A DNA stretch of 63,031 nt, filler included, from Stramenopiles sp. TOSAG23-6 (Eukaryota): NCBI GenBank assembly GCA_900128565.1. It is 49 parts of 49 records of this genome, joined end to end, with 100 filler letters (N's around TTAATTAATTAA, not from the genome) between each part and the next. Parts side by side here need not be neighbours in the genome. Positions count along the whole stretch, not along the records: positions 49,094 to 50,272 come from LT639526.1; positions 50,373 to 51,550 come from LT639527.1; positions 51,651 to 52,828 come from LT639528.1; positions 52,929 to 54,106 come from LT639529.1; positions 54,207 to 55,383 come from LT639530.1; positions 55,484 to 56,659 come from LT639531.1; positions 56,760 to 57,934 come from LT639532.1; positions 58,035 to 59,209 come from LT639533.1; 41 more parts are not named here. One strand, written 5' to 3'. The notes under the pieces are model-generated. The model did no database searches. It had not been told where the DNA came from and saw only the letters and a list, made by a program, of their open reading frames with translations. Positions 49,136 through 60,584 of this stretch are shown piece after piece (position 1 is the first letter of the stretch; each line of letters begins with the position of its first letter). A program made the position numbers and the translations under genes.

Positions 49136-50187
49136 TGAGATATTTTCTACTGATGATTCTGCGAAATATTTAGGAGATACTTTTCAAATTGTATCAGAAA
49201 ATAAAGTACATGAAAATAACAAAAGTGATGAAAATAACAAAAGTGATAAAAATAACAAAAGTGATAAAAAAAGTAAAAGTGATGAAAATAACAAAAGTGA
49301 TAAAAATAAAAAAAGTGATAAAAATAACAAAAGTGATGAAAATAACAAAAGTGATAACCCTAACCCTAATACACAAACTTCAGATATTGAAAAAGGATTT
49401 GTTGTTCAACGTTATATACAAAATCCTTACTTAATTAATGGAAAAAAATTTGATATGCGCATTTATGTTTTGGTGACTTCTATTAATCCGTTGACTGTTT
49501 ATCGATTTAACAATGTATGTTTTATTATTTTGAATTTTGAATTTTTTTTTCATACGAAATTTTGTACCTAACGATTTTTTTTTATTTTCGGTAAAAAAAA
49601 AAATATTTTTTCACAATATTTTTNNNNNNNNNNNNNNNNNNNNNNNNNNNNNNNNNNNNNNNNNNNNNNNNNNNNNNNNNNNNNNNNNNNNNNNNNNNNN
49701 NNNNNNNNNNNNNNNNNNNNNNNNNNNNNNNNNNNNNNNNNNNNNNNNNNNNNNNNNNNNNNNNNNNNNNAATTTCCTATAAAAAAATAAATTTGAAATT
49801 GAATAAAAAAAATGAAAAATATGAAAATGATAATAATGAACAAAAGGGAAGTAGATGGTCAATTCGAGTCAGTTTTCATCACATGAATTTCGAATTTATT
49901 TTTTTTTATTTCTTTTTTTTTTTTGGTAAAAAAATTTCGTACCTAACAATTATTTTTTTTTTTTTTAATATATTTTCATTGATACATGGTTTATTCAAAT
50001 ACCTAAGTAATGTCGAAAATATTGGATCTGAAAAAGTAAAAAAATTAAAAAACGATATTGATGACGTCATAGCTGCATTGATGATTGGTACTGAAAATTT
50101 TATGTATGATGAAATTTTGAAATCTGAAGCAACGCGAAAAAATTATTTTGAAATTTTTGGGCTTGATATTGAAATTAATACTGATTT
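49136..50187 (+). CDS. TTLL: Tubulin-tyrosine-ligase-like (polyglutamylase family) fragment
   Basis: [51 protein letters not shown]. Confidence 0.92.
49868..49987 (+). mobile_element. Introner-family intron, GT-AT, upstream exon does not end in AT
   Basis: att cga|GTCAGT..CGTACCTAAC..GATACAT|ggt tta. Confidence 0.8.
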
Positions 50188-50372
50188 GTACGTTGTACAT
50201 AAAATTTTTGAATGTTTTTTTTTCATACGAAAATTTGTACCTAATACATTTTTAAACGTTTTTTATAAAAATNNNNNNNNNNNNNNNNNNNNNNNNNNNN
50301 NNNNNNNNNNNNNNNNTTAATTAATTAANNNNNNNNNNNNNNNNNNNNNNNNNNNNNNNNNNNNNNNNNNNN

Positions 50373-51522
50373 GTATCCCGAACTTTATATAGCGCTGATA
50401 TATCCCAAGATGAGTTTACTATGCAAATTCCAGTCGTAGTGTATGATAAATTGCCTGGACGTTGTCCAGCTGGGCCACGAACACTTGAGGATGTAAGTGT
50501 GGAACATAACGAAGCTGCCAAAGAATTTGATACAACGCTAGCTGCTTTTGAAAAGTCTTCTCAGTTTCTTCCTTCTTCAGATGCGTGTAATGCCGATATT
50601 CTCGGAAAGCCCACGCTGATATTCAACTTTGCGATTGGTTCTCTTTTAAACGCTGCCTCTCAGCGACTTACAAAACTCAAGGAGCAGCTTTGCGATCAAG
50701 GAATCCCCCGAAATAATATTAGTAGTATAAGAGATATCATAAAATCGACGCACGTGGATTGCTATAAATTTGCAAGTATAAGCGAAGGATTCTCTCGAAA
50801 ATGGTCATATGAGAGTCACGGACCTTGGTATATCAAAGCAGTCAATTTGCACGAGGACTCCTCCAACACAACACCAGTGCTAGGTACGTTTTTCAAAATT
50901 GAATTTTTGTTTTTTTTCATACGAAATTTTGTACCTAACATTTTTTTTACGAAAAAAAAGTTCGCAATGCATGTGCTTTAGTTCATTCCAATAAGGAAAA
51001 ATTTGTTTCAATGAGATCAAGAGAAAAAGGGTACGATATTTTGACTATTCCAGCAAAAAAGTTGCTCATTGATGATTATTCATTAGGTACGAAATTTGGT
51101 ACAAAAAAACATGAGATAACGCTCCAGGATTTATTCCCATGTCGAAAGATTTTTGTATATGCATACGGTCAAAAAGCGAATCATATAAACCCTAACCTTA
51201 CTAACCCCACAGTAGTACTACCACCAAAATTATTAAATATTCAAAATAATAATACAATACAGAAAATTTCTGAGAAAAAAAAAAGAAAGTCTGTACTGGC
51301 TCAATCGTATATCGATGTATCTTATCAAGCTTAAAAAAATTGTCAATTTTTTTAAAATTTTTACTATAAACATTTCGTACCTAACAAAAAAATAAAAGTT
51401 TTGAAATATTTTTTCATAGTATATGTAATAATTAGTGGACTACTTCAACATGATGCTTTACTATCCAACGATAATGACATTCATGTATATGGAGGGCGAT
51501 CAATAGAATCAAACCCTACCAT
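50373..51522 (+). CDS. Hypothetical protein, 3 exons (introns 50884-~50972, 51317-51424)
   Basis: Frames chain across element copies; atc gat|GTATCT..AGTATAT|gta ata. Confidence 0.6.
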
Positions 51523-51650
51523 GTATGTTTTATTTTTTTTCAAATTCGATNNNNNNNNNNNNNNNNNNNNNNNNNNNNNNNNNNNNNNNNNNNNTTAATT
51601 AATTAANNNNNNNNNNNNNNNNNNNNNNNNNNNNNNNNNNNNNNNNNNNN

Positions 51651-51681
<31 letters not shown>

Positions 51682-51737
51682 GTATGAAATTTTGTACCTA
51701 ACAAATTTTTTTTGTATGAATTTTTTTTACAATATAT

Positions 51738-52789
51738 GAACGTCAATTGCAGATTATTAATTCTAAATTAATGAAGCAATTATCTCAAGCGGAACTAGAT
51801 GCGTCATCACAAAGACAAAGTCGTGAACGTTTCAATAGGGTATCAAATATATCAATGATGAATCATAGAACGAATAGCAGAGAGCATGATGACCAATATA
51901 CACGAAATATCAATGATAGATTTAATGAGTTTGACACTGCGTCAATACACCCTAACCCTAATATGGACAATGCAACAAGTAATAGAAGTCAAATGAGTAG
52001 TAGTACGTATGATAGTATAATAGACACAAATGATAAGAAACACATTCAATCTGAAACGAAAACAGAACAAAATTCAAAACATTCAAAAAATGTAAAAAAT
52101 GTAAAACATTCAAAACATTCTGAAACATTTTCGAAACCAATCACAGAAACAAATTCTCAAGTAGCAGCACTAAAATCACAATTTAAAGCACAAATTGATC
52201 GATGGAATGGTATGTATGTTTTATTTTTTTGAAAATTTGAATTTTTTTTTTTTTGAAAATTATGTACCTAACAAATTTTTTTAGATTTTTTTTGAAATAT
52301 TTTTCCAAAATACATTCTTGAATCTGACGAAGATGACAATGAGACTTTTGAAGCAAGTAACCCTAACCCTAATAACAATGAGAACTTTGAAGCAAGTAAC
52401 CCTAACCCTAATGACAATGAGACATTTGAAGCATTTACTACATCAAAAACATATGACACGTGGCACCAGGACCATGACGATCATAGCACAGACAGACCTG
52501 TTTCATCTGATACACAACAATCTACATCGGTATCGTTATCAAGACCAACAACTCAACAGGAAAAAAACAAAATAAAAACAAAAAATAGTAAAAAAAATAA
52601 TAAAAAAAATATAAACCCTAACCCTAGCTATACAAACAAAAGTAAAAAAAAAGAAAGTCTTGATGATATGATGAAAACAGGACAAAATGATGCTGCAGAA
52701 GCAAGTATTGATAGAATAAATCAATTTTTACAAAGAAAAAAACGTGATGCAATAGAAAAAAAATTAGAACGGGACAAAAACTTACGAAT
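51738..52789 (+). CDS. Hypothetical coiled-coil/low-complexity protein (GT-AT intron 52214-52315)
   Basis: ggt at|GTATGT..TACAT|t ctt gaa; NPNP inserts. Confidence 0.55.
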
Positions 52790-52928
52790 GTTTGTTTTCA
52801 TTTTACCTTTTTTTTTTCAATTTTTTTTNNNNNNNNNNNNNNNNNNNNNNNNNNNNNNNNNNNNNNNNNNNNTTAATTAATTAANNNNNNNNNNNNNNNN
52901 NNNNNNNNNNNNNNNNNNNNNNNNNNNN

Positions 52929-53294
52929 AATTGGAAAACAAATAATCTAGAAAATCGACTAAAACACACAAAGCGATGTACTCGATGGTTGTCCGTTTTC
53001 TTTTCTTTACTTTTTTGTTTTATTTCATTTTTTAAGATTTTTTTATTTTTTTTTTTTTTGGTTTCGTACGAAATTTTGTACCTAACATAAAAAAAATTAA
53101 ATTTCAAAAAAAAATATTATTCACAATATTTGTATGAAGCTGCTCAATGTATGGAAAAACGAGTTATTCATTTAGAAAAAGATATCAAATCATATATCGA
53201 TGTCGCTGATATCGAATTAAATCAACTCTTACACGATGATGACGTCATCGAGGCAAATAAACTTCAATTTGAGTTGAAAAAAAAAATGAAGTAA
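52929..53294 (+). CDS. Hypothetical C-terminus; probable GT-TT intron 52991-53131
   Basis: tgg tt|GTCCGT..CGTACGAAATTTTGTACCTAAC..CACAATATTT|g tat gaa gives the longest frame. Confidence 0.5.
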
Positions 53295-53403
53295 ACGCTG
53301 AGAAATGGAGAAAAGAATCAGAGTTTTTACACCAGTCATGTAAAACATATGATATATGTATAATGATAAAGTATATAAAAAACAAATTTTATTTTCTTAC
53401 AAT

Positions 53404-54008
53404 TCAACAATTTGTTCTTTTTTGTCTTTTTCTCTGTCTATTATCATCATCATCACTTTCATCATCACTTTCATCTTCTTCTTCATCATCATCACTTTCA
53501 TCTTCTTCTTCATCATCATCACTTTCATCTTCATCATCTTCAAAATCTGATTCTGAAGATTCATTCTCTGATTCATTGTCTAATTCATTCTCTGATTGTT
53601 CATCACCATCAATATTGACTATAGGTAATAATTTAGCAAGATCGTCTACATTACAAACTAAATTCCAAATTCGTTCGGCATTGGCAGCATTAGAACCATT
53701 TAGTTGAGCTAAACCGGTGTGAATATCTAAACTACCTTCAAGTCTACTTAAAACAGTTGTACGTCCATCTCTCATCCCTACAGTAGTCAATGATAATTTT
53801 GTATTTTCCATTACATGTTTTGATTTTTTTGAATTTTTAAAATTTTTAAAATTTTTAAAATGTTTTGAATTTTTATCTAGACCACAGTTTCCTTTTATCA
53901 TACACTGCGTGTACCAAGAACCATCCTTTTTTTGTACAATATAATTTCCAGTGACTTTACCACTATGATGAATATCCAAAACACCTTTTGCAATTGTCGC
54001 ACAGAGCA
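53404..54008 (-). CDS. Hypothetical protein last exon with acidic tail
   Basis: Open frame after ACAATACAT|; (ESDDDEEED)n. Confidence 0.55.
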
Positions 54009-54308
54009 ATGTATTGTCAAAAAATATTTTTTTTTTTTTTTGGTTAAAAAAAAAAGAGTTGGGTAAAAAATTTCCTTAAAAAAAAAAAATTCGTTTTTTT
54101 TTAAAANNNNNNNNNNNNNNNNNNNNNNNNNNNNNNNNNNNNNNNNNNNNTTAATTAATTAANNNNNNNNNNNNNNNNNNNNNNNNNNNNNNNNNNNNNN
54201 NNNNNNTTTTATTTTTTTTTTTACAAAAAAATCGAATTTTTTTTTTATAGTAAATTTTGTACCTAAGGATTTTTAGTTTTTTTTTTTGAAATATTTTCCA
54301 AAATACAG

Positions 54309-55383
54309 TCTTTAGCAGATTGTGGCAATCAATATCTTCTCGCCCTAGGTATTAAAAAATCAGAAAAATTACCCACTGGTGTTCACGTTTGTTTATAGTA
54401 TTCATTTTTTGTATTTTTTGTATTTTTTTTATTTTTTCTATTTTTTCTATTTTTTGTATTTTTTTTAATTAGGGTTAGGGTTTAATATCAAATACGAAAA
54501 TTCCATTCCTACTGAAACAANACCTAATGTTTTTTTTTNTAACTANAAAATATTGTTACACAATATATCCATATGGTTATGCTAATGAAAGATACATTTT
54601 TGGTCTTATGTCAGGAGTTGGAATGTACGTTTTCATCATTTTTTTTTTTTTTTTTTAAATATTTTTTTTCGTACGAAATTTTNTACCNAANAANTTTTTT
54701 TAGATTTTTTTAGAATTTTTCAAACTACATCTTCTTCTTAGGTTGCGGGGTCACTTGTTACCATGGACTCCATTTATTATTCAATCCACAACCTCTGGAC
54801 AACCTTCCATTAGGAATAGGTATCATGGCAACTGCAGGAGCCATTGAAGGATACACTTTACACGTATGTTGAATTTGTATTATTATTTTGAAAAAAAAAT
54901 TGAAATTTTTTTTGAAATTTTTTTTTGAAATTTTTTTTTAGACGTCATTTAAAATAGCAAAAAAAAAAAAAAAACTANTTTTTTTTTTTTTTTGAAATAC
55001 GTTTTCACAATATTTGTCGCCATTCAAGCCGTTCGTAATGCTGCAAGAGAAACAAGAATGACATTTGGAGATTATATTCGAAAAGGCCCAGATCCTGTAC
55101 GTTTTTTTTTTTTTTTTTTACTTTTTTTTCAAATTCGAATTTTTTTTTTTCGTACGAAATTTTGTACCTAACAATTTTTNTTTTTTTTTTNCGGNAAAAA
55201 AAAATTTTGAAATATTTTTCTACAATACATGTATCNACGGCTGTATTATTAGAGGATGGAGCTGCTGTAACTGGCGTGTTTATTGCTGGATCTTGTATGG
55301 CAATGACCCACATAACTGGTAACTTACTATGGGATGCTGTAGGAACACTATTTGTTGGTGGTTTGCTAGGTGGTGTTGGTATA
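54309..55383 (+). CDS. SLC30A9: Cation diffusion facilitator ZnT9/SLC30A9-like, 5 exons; no internal intron ends in AG
   Basis: SLADCGNQ.LLALG..H|PYGY.NERY..L.SGVG|IFFLG.G..YHG..EG.TLH|VA..DP|VSTAVLLED.AAV.G; introns 54387-54568 GT-AT, 54625-54730 GT-AT, 54864-55015 GT-TT, 55097-55230 GT-AT. Confidence 0.93.
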
Positions 55384-55664
55384 NNNNNNNNNNNNNNNNN
55401 NNNNNNNNNNNNNNNNNNNNNNNNNNNTTAATTAATTAANNNNNNNNNNNNNNNNNNNNNNNNNNNNNNNNNNNNNNNNNNNNTTTTTTTTTTTTTTTTT
55501 TTTTTTTAATTTTTTTTTTTTTTTTTTTTTTGAATATTTCATAACAAAACTTCGTTTTAATTTATACAAATCAAAATATTAGTCTATTCATTTATTATAC
55601 ATATCTAAGAAGTATTACAATAAGCAGCACTGGAGGAAAGAGATCTACAACACTATCAATAAAT

Positions 55665-56576
55665 TTAAAATTGTTGTTCTGGAAGACCACTGTGAAAATT
55701 AAACATAATTACTTTCCCATTATCAACAACTGCCCAAAGCAAAGAAACAGAATCAACAGTTTCTGATGCTGCTAGTGCTGCATTTATACAATCAGGTGTT
55801 GGTGGTGAGGAGGTAAAATCACAGATAAATACACGAAAATTCGGAGGGTAATTCTTATCAATAATGACAGACTCATTAGCATTAGAGTTAGGAACAGACT
55901 CATGGCTTACACTTTCTTTTACTTTTGTTTCCATGACGTCATTGTTTATTAAATTTTGAGTTTCTCCAGCCATAGGTTTTGACACAATATTTTTCTTCGT
56001 ACACAAATATTCAGAATTACCATCAACTTCAGTTTGTGAATTCGTACAATGTTGTTGTCTTACTTCGAGACCATACCGTTTATTAAATCTAGTATTAGGC
56101 ATCCACACATCAAATGCACACCACTTTTCTAACCATGAAACCGGTGAATTAGCCTTGATAGATACAATTCTAGGCGAAGTTGAGGTTAACTCAAATGCTT
56201 TCTTACACTGTAACACAACGGGAGGACTATTTCGATACCGCCTAACCGTGTATCCAGCATTACGTAGATGAGAGTAGACTAATTGACACTGCATAGACAC
56301 TGCATATGGAGTCAAAAGGGGACCATATATAAAATGTTCGTATCCCCAACGAACGTCTAACTCTTCTCTTTCTTCATCCATGTTTCCTTCCGCTATGTTA
56401 GGTTTAATATATAGTCGGAGTTTTCCAAGATTCATCAGAAAAAGGGCTTCCTCTGGGTATAGGAAATGCAAAGCACTATGATGGAATCCAAGAGACCGAA
56501 GATATCGACCGCGTTGAGTCGTGACCTGTATGGTGTTATTGATTGTATCCCAAGAAGCTTCACATACTTTTACCAT
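55665..56576 (-). CDS. TSEN54: tRNA-splicing endonuclease subunit Sen54
   Basis: RGRYLRSLG..LYPEEALFL..G.L, VYSHLRNAGYTVRR, FDVWMP..F.K, AVVDNG. Confidence 0.85.
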   Translation of the reverse strand: MVKVCEASWDTINNTIQVTTQRGRYLRSLGFHHSALHFLYPEEALFLMNLGKLRLYIKPNIAEGNMDEEREELDVRWGYEHFIYGPLLTPYAVSMQCQLVYSHLRNAGYTVRRYRNSPPVVLQCKKAFELTSTSPRIVSIKANSPVSWLEKWCAFDVWMPNTRFNKRYGLEVRQQHCTNSQTEVDGNSEYLCTKKNIVSKPMAGETQNLINNDVMETKVKESVSHESVPNSNANESVIIDKNYPPNFRVFICDFTSSPPTPDCINAALAASETVDSVSLLWAVVDNGKVIMFNFHSGLPEQQF

Positions 56577-56580
56577 ATTG

Positions 56581-56659
56581 ATATAAAGCAGTGAAACTAA
56601 AACTATATAAAGCAGTGAAACTAAAACTATATAAAGCAGTGAAACTAAAACTATATAAA
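56581..56659. repeat. 24-nt tandem repeat (~3.3 copies)
   Basis: TATAAAGCAGTGAAACTAAAACTA units. Confidence 0.9.
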
Positions 56660-56759
56660 NNNNNNNNNNNNNNNNNNNNNNNNNNNNNNNNNNNNNNNNN
56701 NNNTTAATTAATTAANNNNNNNNNNNNNNNNNNNNNNNNNNNNNNNNNNNNNNNNNNNN

Positions 56760-57032
56760 TATCAGAATCCGCTTGTAGAAGACGGGAACTCATTATGAGA
56801 GTCAAAGATAAATTTAAATTGTTTGGTAGACAAATTGTTTTACATAATGCACAAGTCAGAGCGTTGAATGATGGTGAAGCATCGCTACAACATTTAAAAT
56901 TTCAACTGTACTTGAAATTCATTGAATGTGTCACAATTCCATCTGAAGCTGCAAGTAGAATTATTGAAACTCTGGAATATCCACCATGTAGTTCATCTGG
57001 AGGTTTTTTAGGTATTGTACTGCAAGTATGTT

Positions 57033-57063
<31 letters not shown>

Positions 57064-57880
57064 TTTTTTTAAATATTTTTTCATAGTGCAAGGTGGCTGG
57101 TTTCGTTCGGACGAATGCACAGCGCCTGCATATCTAAATAATCTAAATAATGAAAGTAAAACAAGTCCTACTCAAATAGATTGTTATTGTTTTAAATACG
57201 AAGCTTCTGAATATTCGAAAAAAAAATTTTGGTCAAAAAAAAAAAAAAAGGCAAAATATCTACAGCATTAGTTCCTAAATCTCTCGCTCTCAAAGGCATA
57301 CATGATTTATGTACATGTGATGACAATTATATAGTCGATGATATTACTGGAAATTGTGTACTTCCTCACCTTTTTTGTGAAAAAAAATGTAAAAAAACAG
57401 GCTATATAAGTACAAAACTCGTATGTGAATGTCTTCGTCCTCCCGAGATTGAGCAAAACATTAGATGTAAACCACCAGCTACTTATAATGTATGTTTTTT
57501 TTTTCAAACTTTTTTGAAATATTTTTTCAAACTTTTTCTTATAGTAAATTTTGTACCTAAGAAAAAAAAATTTTTACGGAAAAAAAAAATTTTGAAATAT
57601 TTTTCCAAAATACATAAAGAAATGGGTCATTGTCTATGTGAAATGATAAACAATACAGAGTTATCTTACCAATATGATGTAGATGGAAATAGAGAATTAC
57701 AATGCATATGTAATCATCCATATGAATTAGATATAAGCAGTGGTAAATGCATATGTAAGCCAGAATATGAAGGAAGATGTAACCCAAAGCCAAAGCCAAA
57801 CGGAACATGTGAATTTCCAAGTATATTAAGTACGGATATATTTGGTAATACAACAAATTATTGTGTTTGTTCTTATCCAT
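56760..57880 (+). CDS. EGF-like Cys-rich protein; introns 57026-57091 (GT-AA) and 57490-57615 (GT-AT)
   Basis: CxC..Y..D..G.C repeats; tat aat|GTATGT..TACAT|aaa gaa. Confidence 0.6.
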
Positions 57881-58046
57881 GTACGTTTTCACAAGTTTAA
57901 ATTTAACTTTTTTTTTTTTTTTTTTTTTTTTTTTNNNNNNNNNNNNNNNNNNNNNNNNNNNNNNNNNNNNNNNNNNNNTTAATTAATTAANNNNNNNNNN
58001 NNNNNNNNNNNNNNNNNNNNNNNNNNNNNNNNNNTACAGTTGAACA

Positions 58047-59209
58047 ATGCCAAAACGAAATGCAAATTCACCTTTTGAAACTATTCTGGAGGAAGTAGGT
58101 GTCGATTTGACACACTCAGAAGACAAGGAGAACAATAATGATGAAAATGATACCGAAATTATCGTCCCTAAAGGTGTACAATGTCGCGATCCTTTAAAGA
58201 TGAGTGGTGAATTGGAGACGTTATTTTCGAGTGGACGATATCGTGCTAGTGATTTCATGCAAGGTCTTGAAAGTTTTTTGAGCGATGAAACGAACCTTCG
58301 TAAATGTTTAATGCCAATGATTCTGTCTCAACACAAAAGACAACGGTTCAATACAACCTGACTTGATACAACATATTCTTATTAGCTTAGTTCCAGAATA
58401 TATGGACAATAATAATGATTGTAGTCGTTTGGTAGATAACATGACTAAATTATTACTTTCACAACTCAAATGGCTCGAGTTCATTAGTGATAGTTCGGCT
58501 CTGACGGATACTTTACTTGAATGTTTACAAGTTTGTCCATCAAAGGTACAAATTGAAATTGTTGGGTTTCTTCCTGAAATCCTCGATGATAGTCACCAAG
58601 AGAGAATCGTGATGGGTCTTCAGGAACTCATGGAAAATGATATTTCTATATACGTTTTCAAAATTGAATGTAATTTTTTTTTTCATACGAAATTTTGTAC
58701 CTAACAAAACATTTTTACTAAAAAAAAATATTTCTTTACAAAACATGGTCGTTCATGTGTTAGAATGTTTTAGCAACCTTCAACTCACACCAAAACTCCT
58801 AGAATCAGTCATGAAGTGGGTATTAGAAACATTAGCTTCAACAAGAATGGAAGACTTACCTGTCATTTTACGATTTTTAATGCAAAGTGTCCCTCCTGAT
58901 GTGTCCGTTGCAAAGCAAGTCGTACTACAACTTCGTACACAACTTCGCCTGTCGAATAAACCAGATATAAATGAAGCAGCTCAAGAAGTCCTGTTAATGG
59001 AAGCATTATCTAATGGACTTCATTTTAGAAGTGATATTGCTGAAATATTTTTGGAGGTCATTTCAGACGCAAAACAAGCAATTGTCTTTGATTTATGGAT
59101 TCTTTTATTACTATCTGAAATCGAACTTTGGCGTAAAAATGCAATTATTCTTTTTCGAAAAAAAATTTCATCTGGGCAATTTACACATCTGCTGTTAAGG
59201 GATTGTTTT
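58047..59209 (+). CDS. FANCD2: Fanconi anemia D2 N-terminal region (frame break ~58340; intron 58650-58746)
   Basis: LLSQLKWLE, VQIEIVGFLPEILDDSHQ, VLECFSNLQL, EDLPVILRFLMQS, LRTQL. Confidence 0.9.
58650..58746 (+). mobile_element. Introner-family intron with AT-AT ends; no AG inside
   Basis: tct at|ATACGTTTTC..CATACGAAATTTTGTACCTAAC..CAAAACAT|g gtc gtt. Confidence 0.82.
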
Positions 59210-59309
59210 NNNNNNNNNNNNNNNNNNNNNNNNNNNNNNNNNNNNNNNNNNNNTTAATTAATTAANNNNNNNNNNNNNNNNNNNNNNNNNNNNNNNNNNN
59301 NNNNNNNNN

Positions 59310-59896
59310 GATTCCGCGCGTGCCAAGGCGACTGCAATGCTATTAAAGGAAAACAAAGGCCTTCTTAGTTTAGATGTGTGTAAAAAATTGCTCTCATATC
59401 CTAGTATGAAACGATCGTGGCTGATTTCGTTTTTTGATGCTGGTGGCTTTGATGCCGTATTTGAAGCTTTAAATAACTTCCGGAGGGCACGTATTCAGCT
59501 TGGTAAATGGAATGTTGAACAAGCTGAATTGGNNNNNNNNNNNNNNNNNNNNNNNNNNNNNNNNNNNNNNNNNNNNNNNNNNNNNNNNNNNNNNNNNNNN
59601 NNNNNNNNNNNNNNNNNNNNNNNNNNNNNNNNNNNNNNNNNNNNNNNNNNNNNNNNNNNNNNNNNNNNNNNNNGATTCCGCGCGTGCCAAGGCGACTGCA
59701 ATGCTATTAAAGGAAAACAAAGGCCTTCTTAGTTTAGATGTGTGTAAAAAATTGCTCTCATATCCTAGTATGAAACGATCGTGGCTGATTTCGTTTTTTG
59801 ATGCTGGTGGCTTTGATGCCGTATTTGAAGCTTTAAATAACTTCCGGAGGGCACGTATTCAGCTTGGTAAATGGAATGTTGAACAAGCTGAATTGG
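59310..59896 (+). CDS. Formin GBD/FH3-like fragment (222 nt duplicated across a gap)
   Basis: SWLISFFDAGGFDAVFEAL resembles the GBD SW..F...GG..L motif. Confidence 0.45.
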
Positions 59897-60484
59897 ATAT
59901 GTTTTGCAACAAATGAAGATAATGATAAAAACCAAGAAAGTTGGGATGATGATGAACTTGGTGAATCGCTAGGTCACATGCAGGTTGTCGAAGCATTTCG
60001 ATTTTTCAGTCGAGAGCACACTGAAGTACTTTGTTTTTCATCAACAAAAAAACTTTGTCGGAGTCTAAAAGATAATCCTGACGTAGGGGGTAACCTGTTG
60101 AAGATCCAAAAAGACAGAAACAACGTAGAAGATCTTTTACGAACAGTTTTTCGTGAACTGGCAGAGAAATCGACATTTGATAAACTTCTTGCAACTGTTG
60201 ATGAAGATAAAAAATGTGAGCAAGATAGAGAGAATCTAGTTCTTTTGGAAAAGGAAACAACACGAGCTGTACAAGACTTAGAAAAAGAATTGGAGGAGGA
60301 AAAATACGAACATCAAGAAGAAGTCAAACGCCAAAATGATTTGGTAGAAACCCTTAAGCAAAAACTAAGTAGAATGGAGAGTACATCAGCTATGCAAATG
60401 GAATATAGACGTGCAGAATCAATGTCAAAGCTAGCATCAAAACAACGGACAGGTAATCAAGTCTTAAAAGATCATGAAAGAAAG
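59897..60484 (+). CDS. IQCG: IQCG/DRC9-like flagellar coiled-coil protein fragment
   Basis: STKKLCRSLKDNPDV..NL.KIQ.DR followed by a long coiled coil. Confidence 0.65.
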
Positions 60485-60584
60485 NNNNNNNNNNNNNNNN
60501 NNNNNNNNNNNNNNNNNNNNNNNNNNNNTTAATTAATTAANNNNNNNNNNNNNNNNNNNNNNNNNNNNNNNNNNNNNNNNNNNN

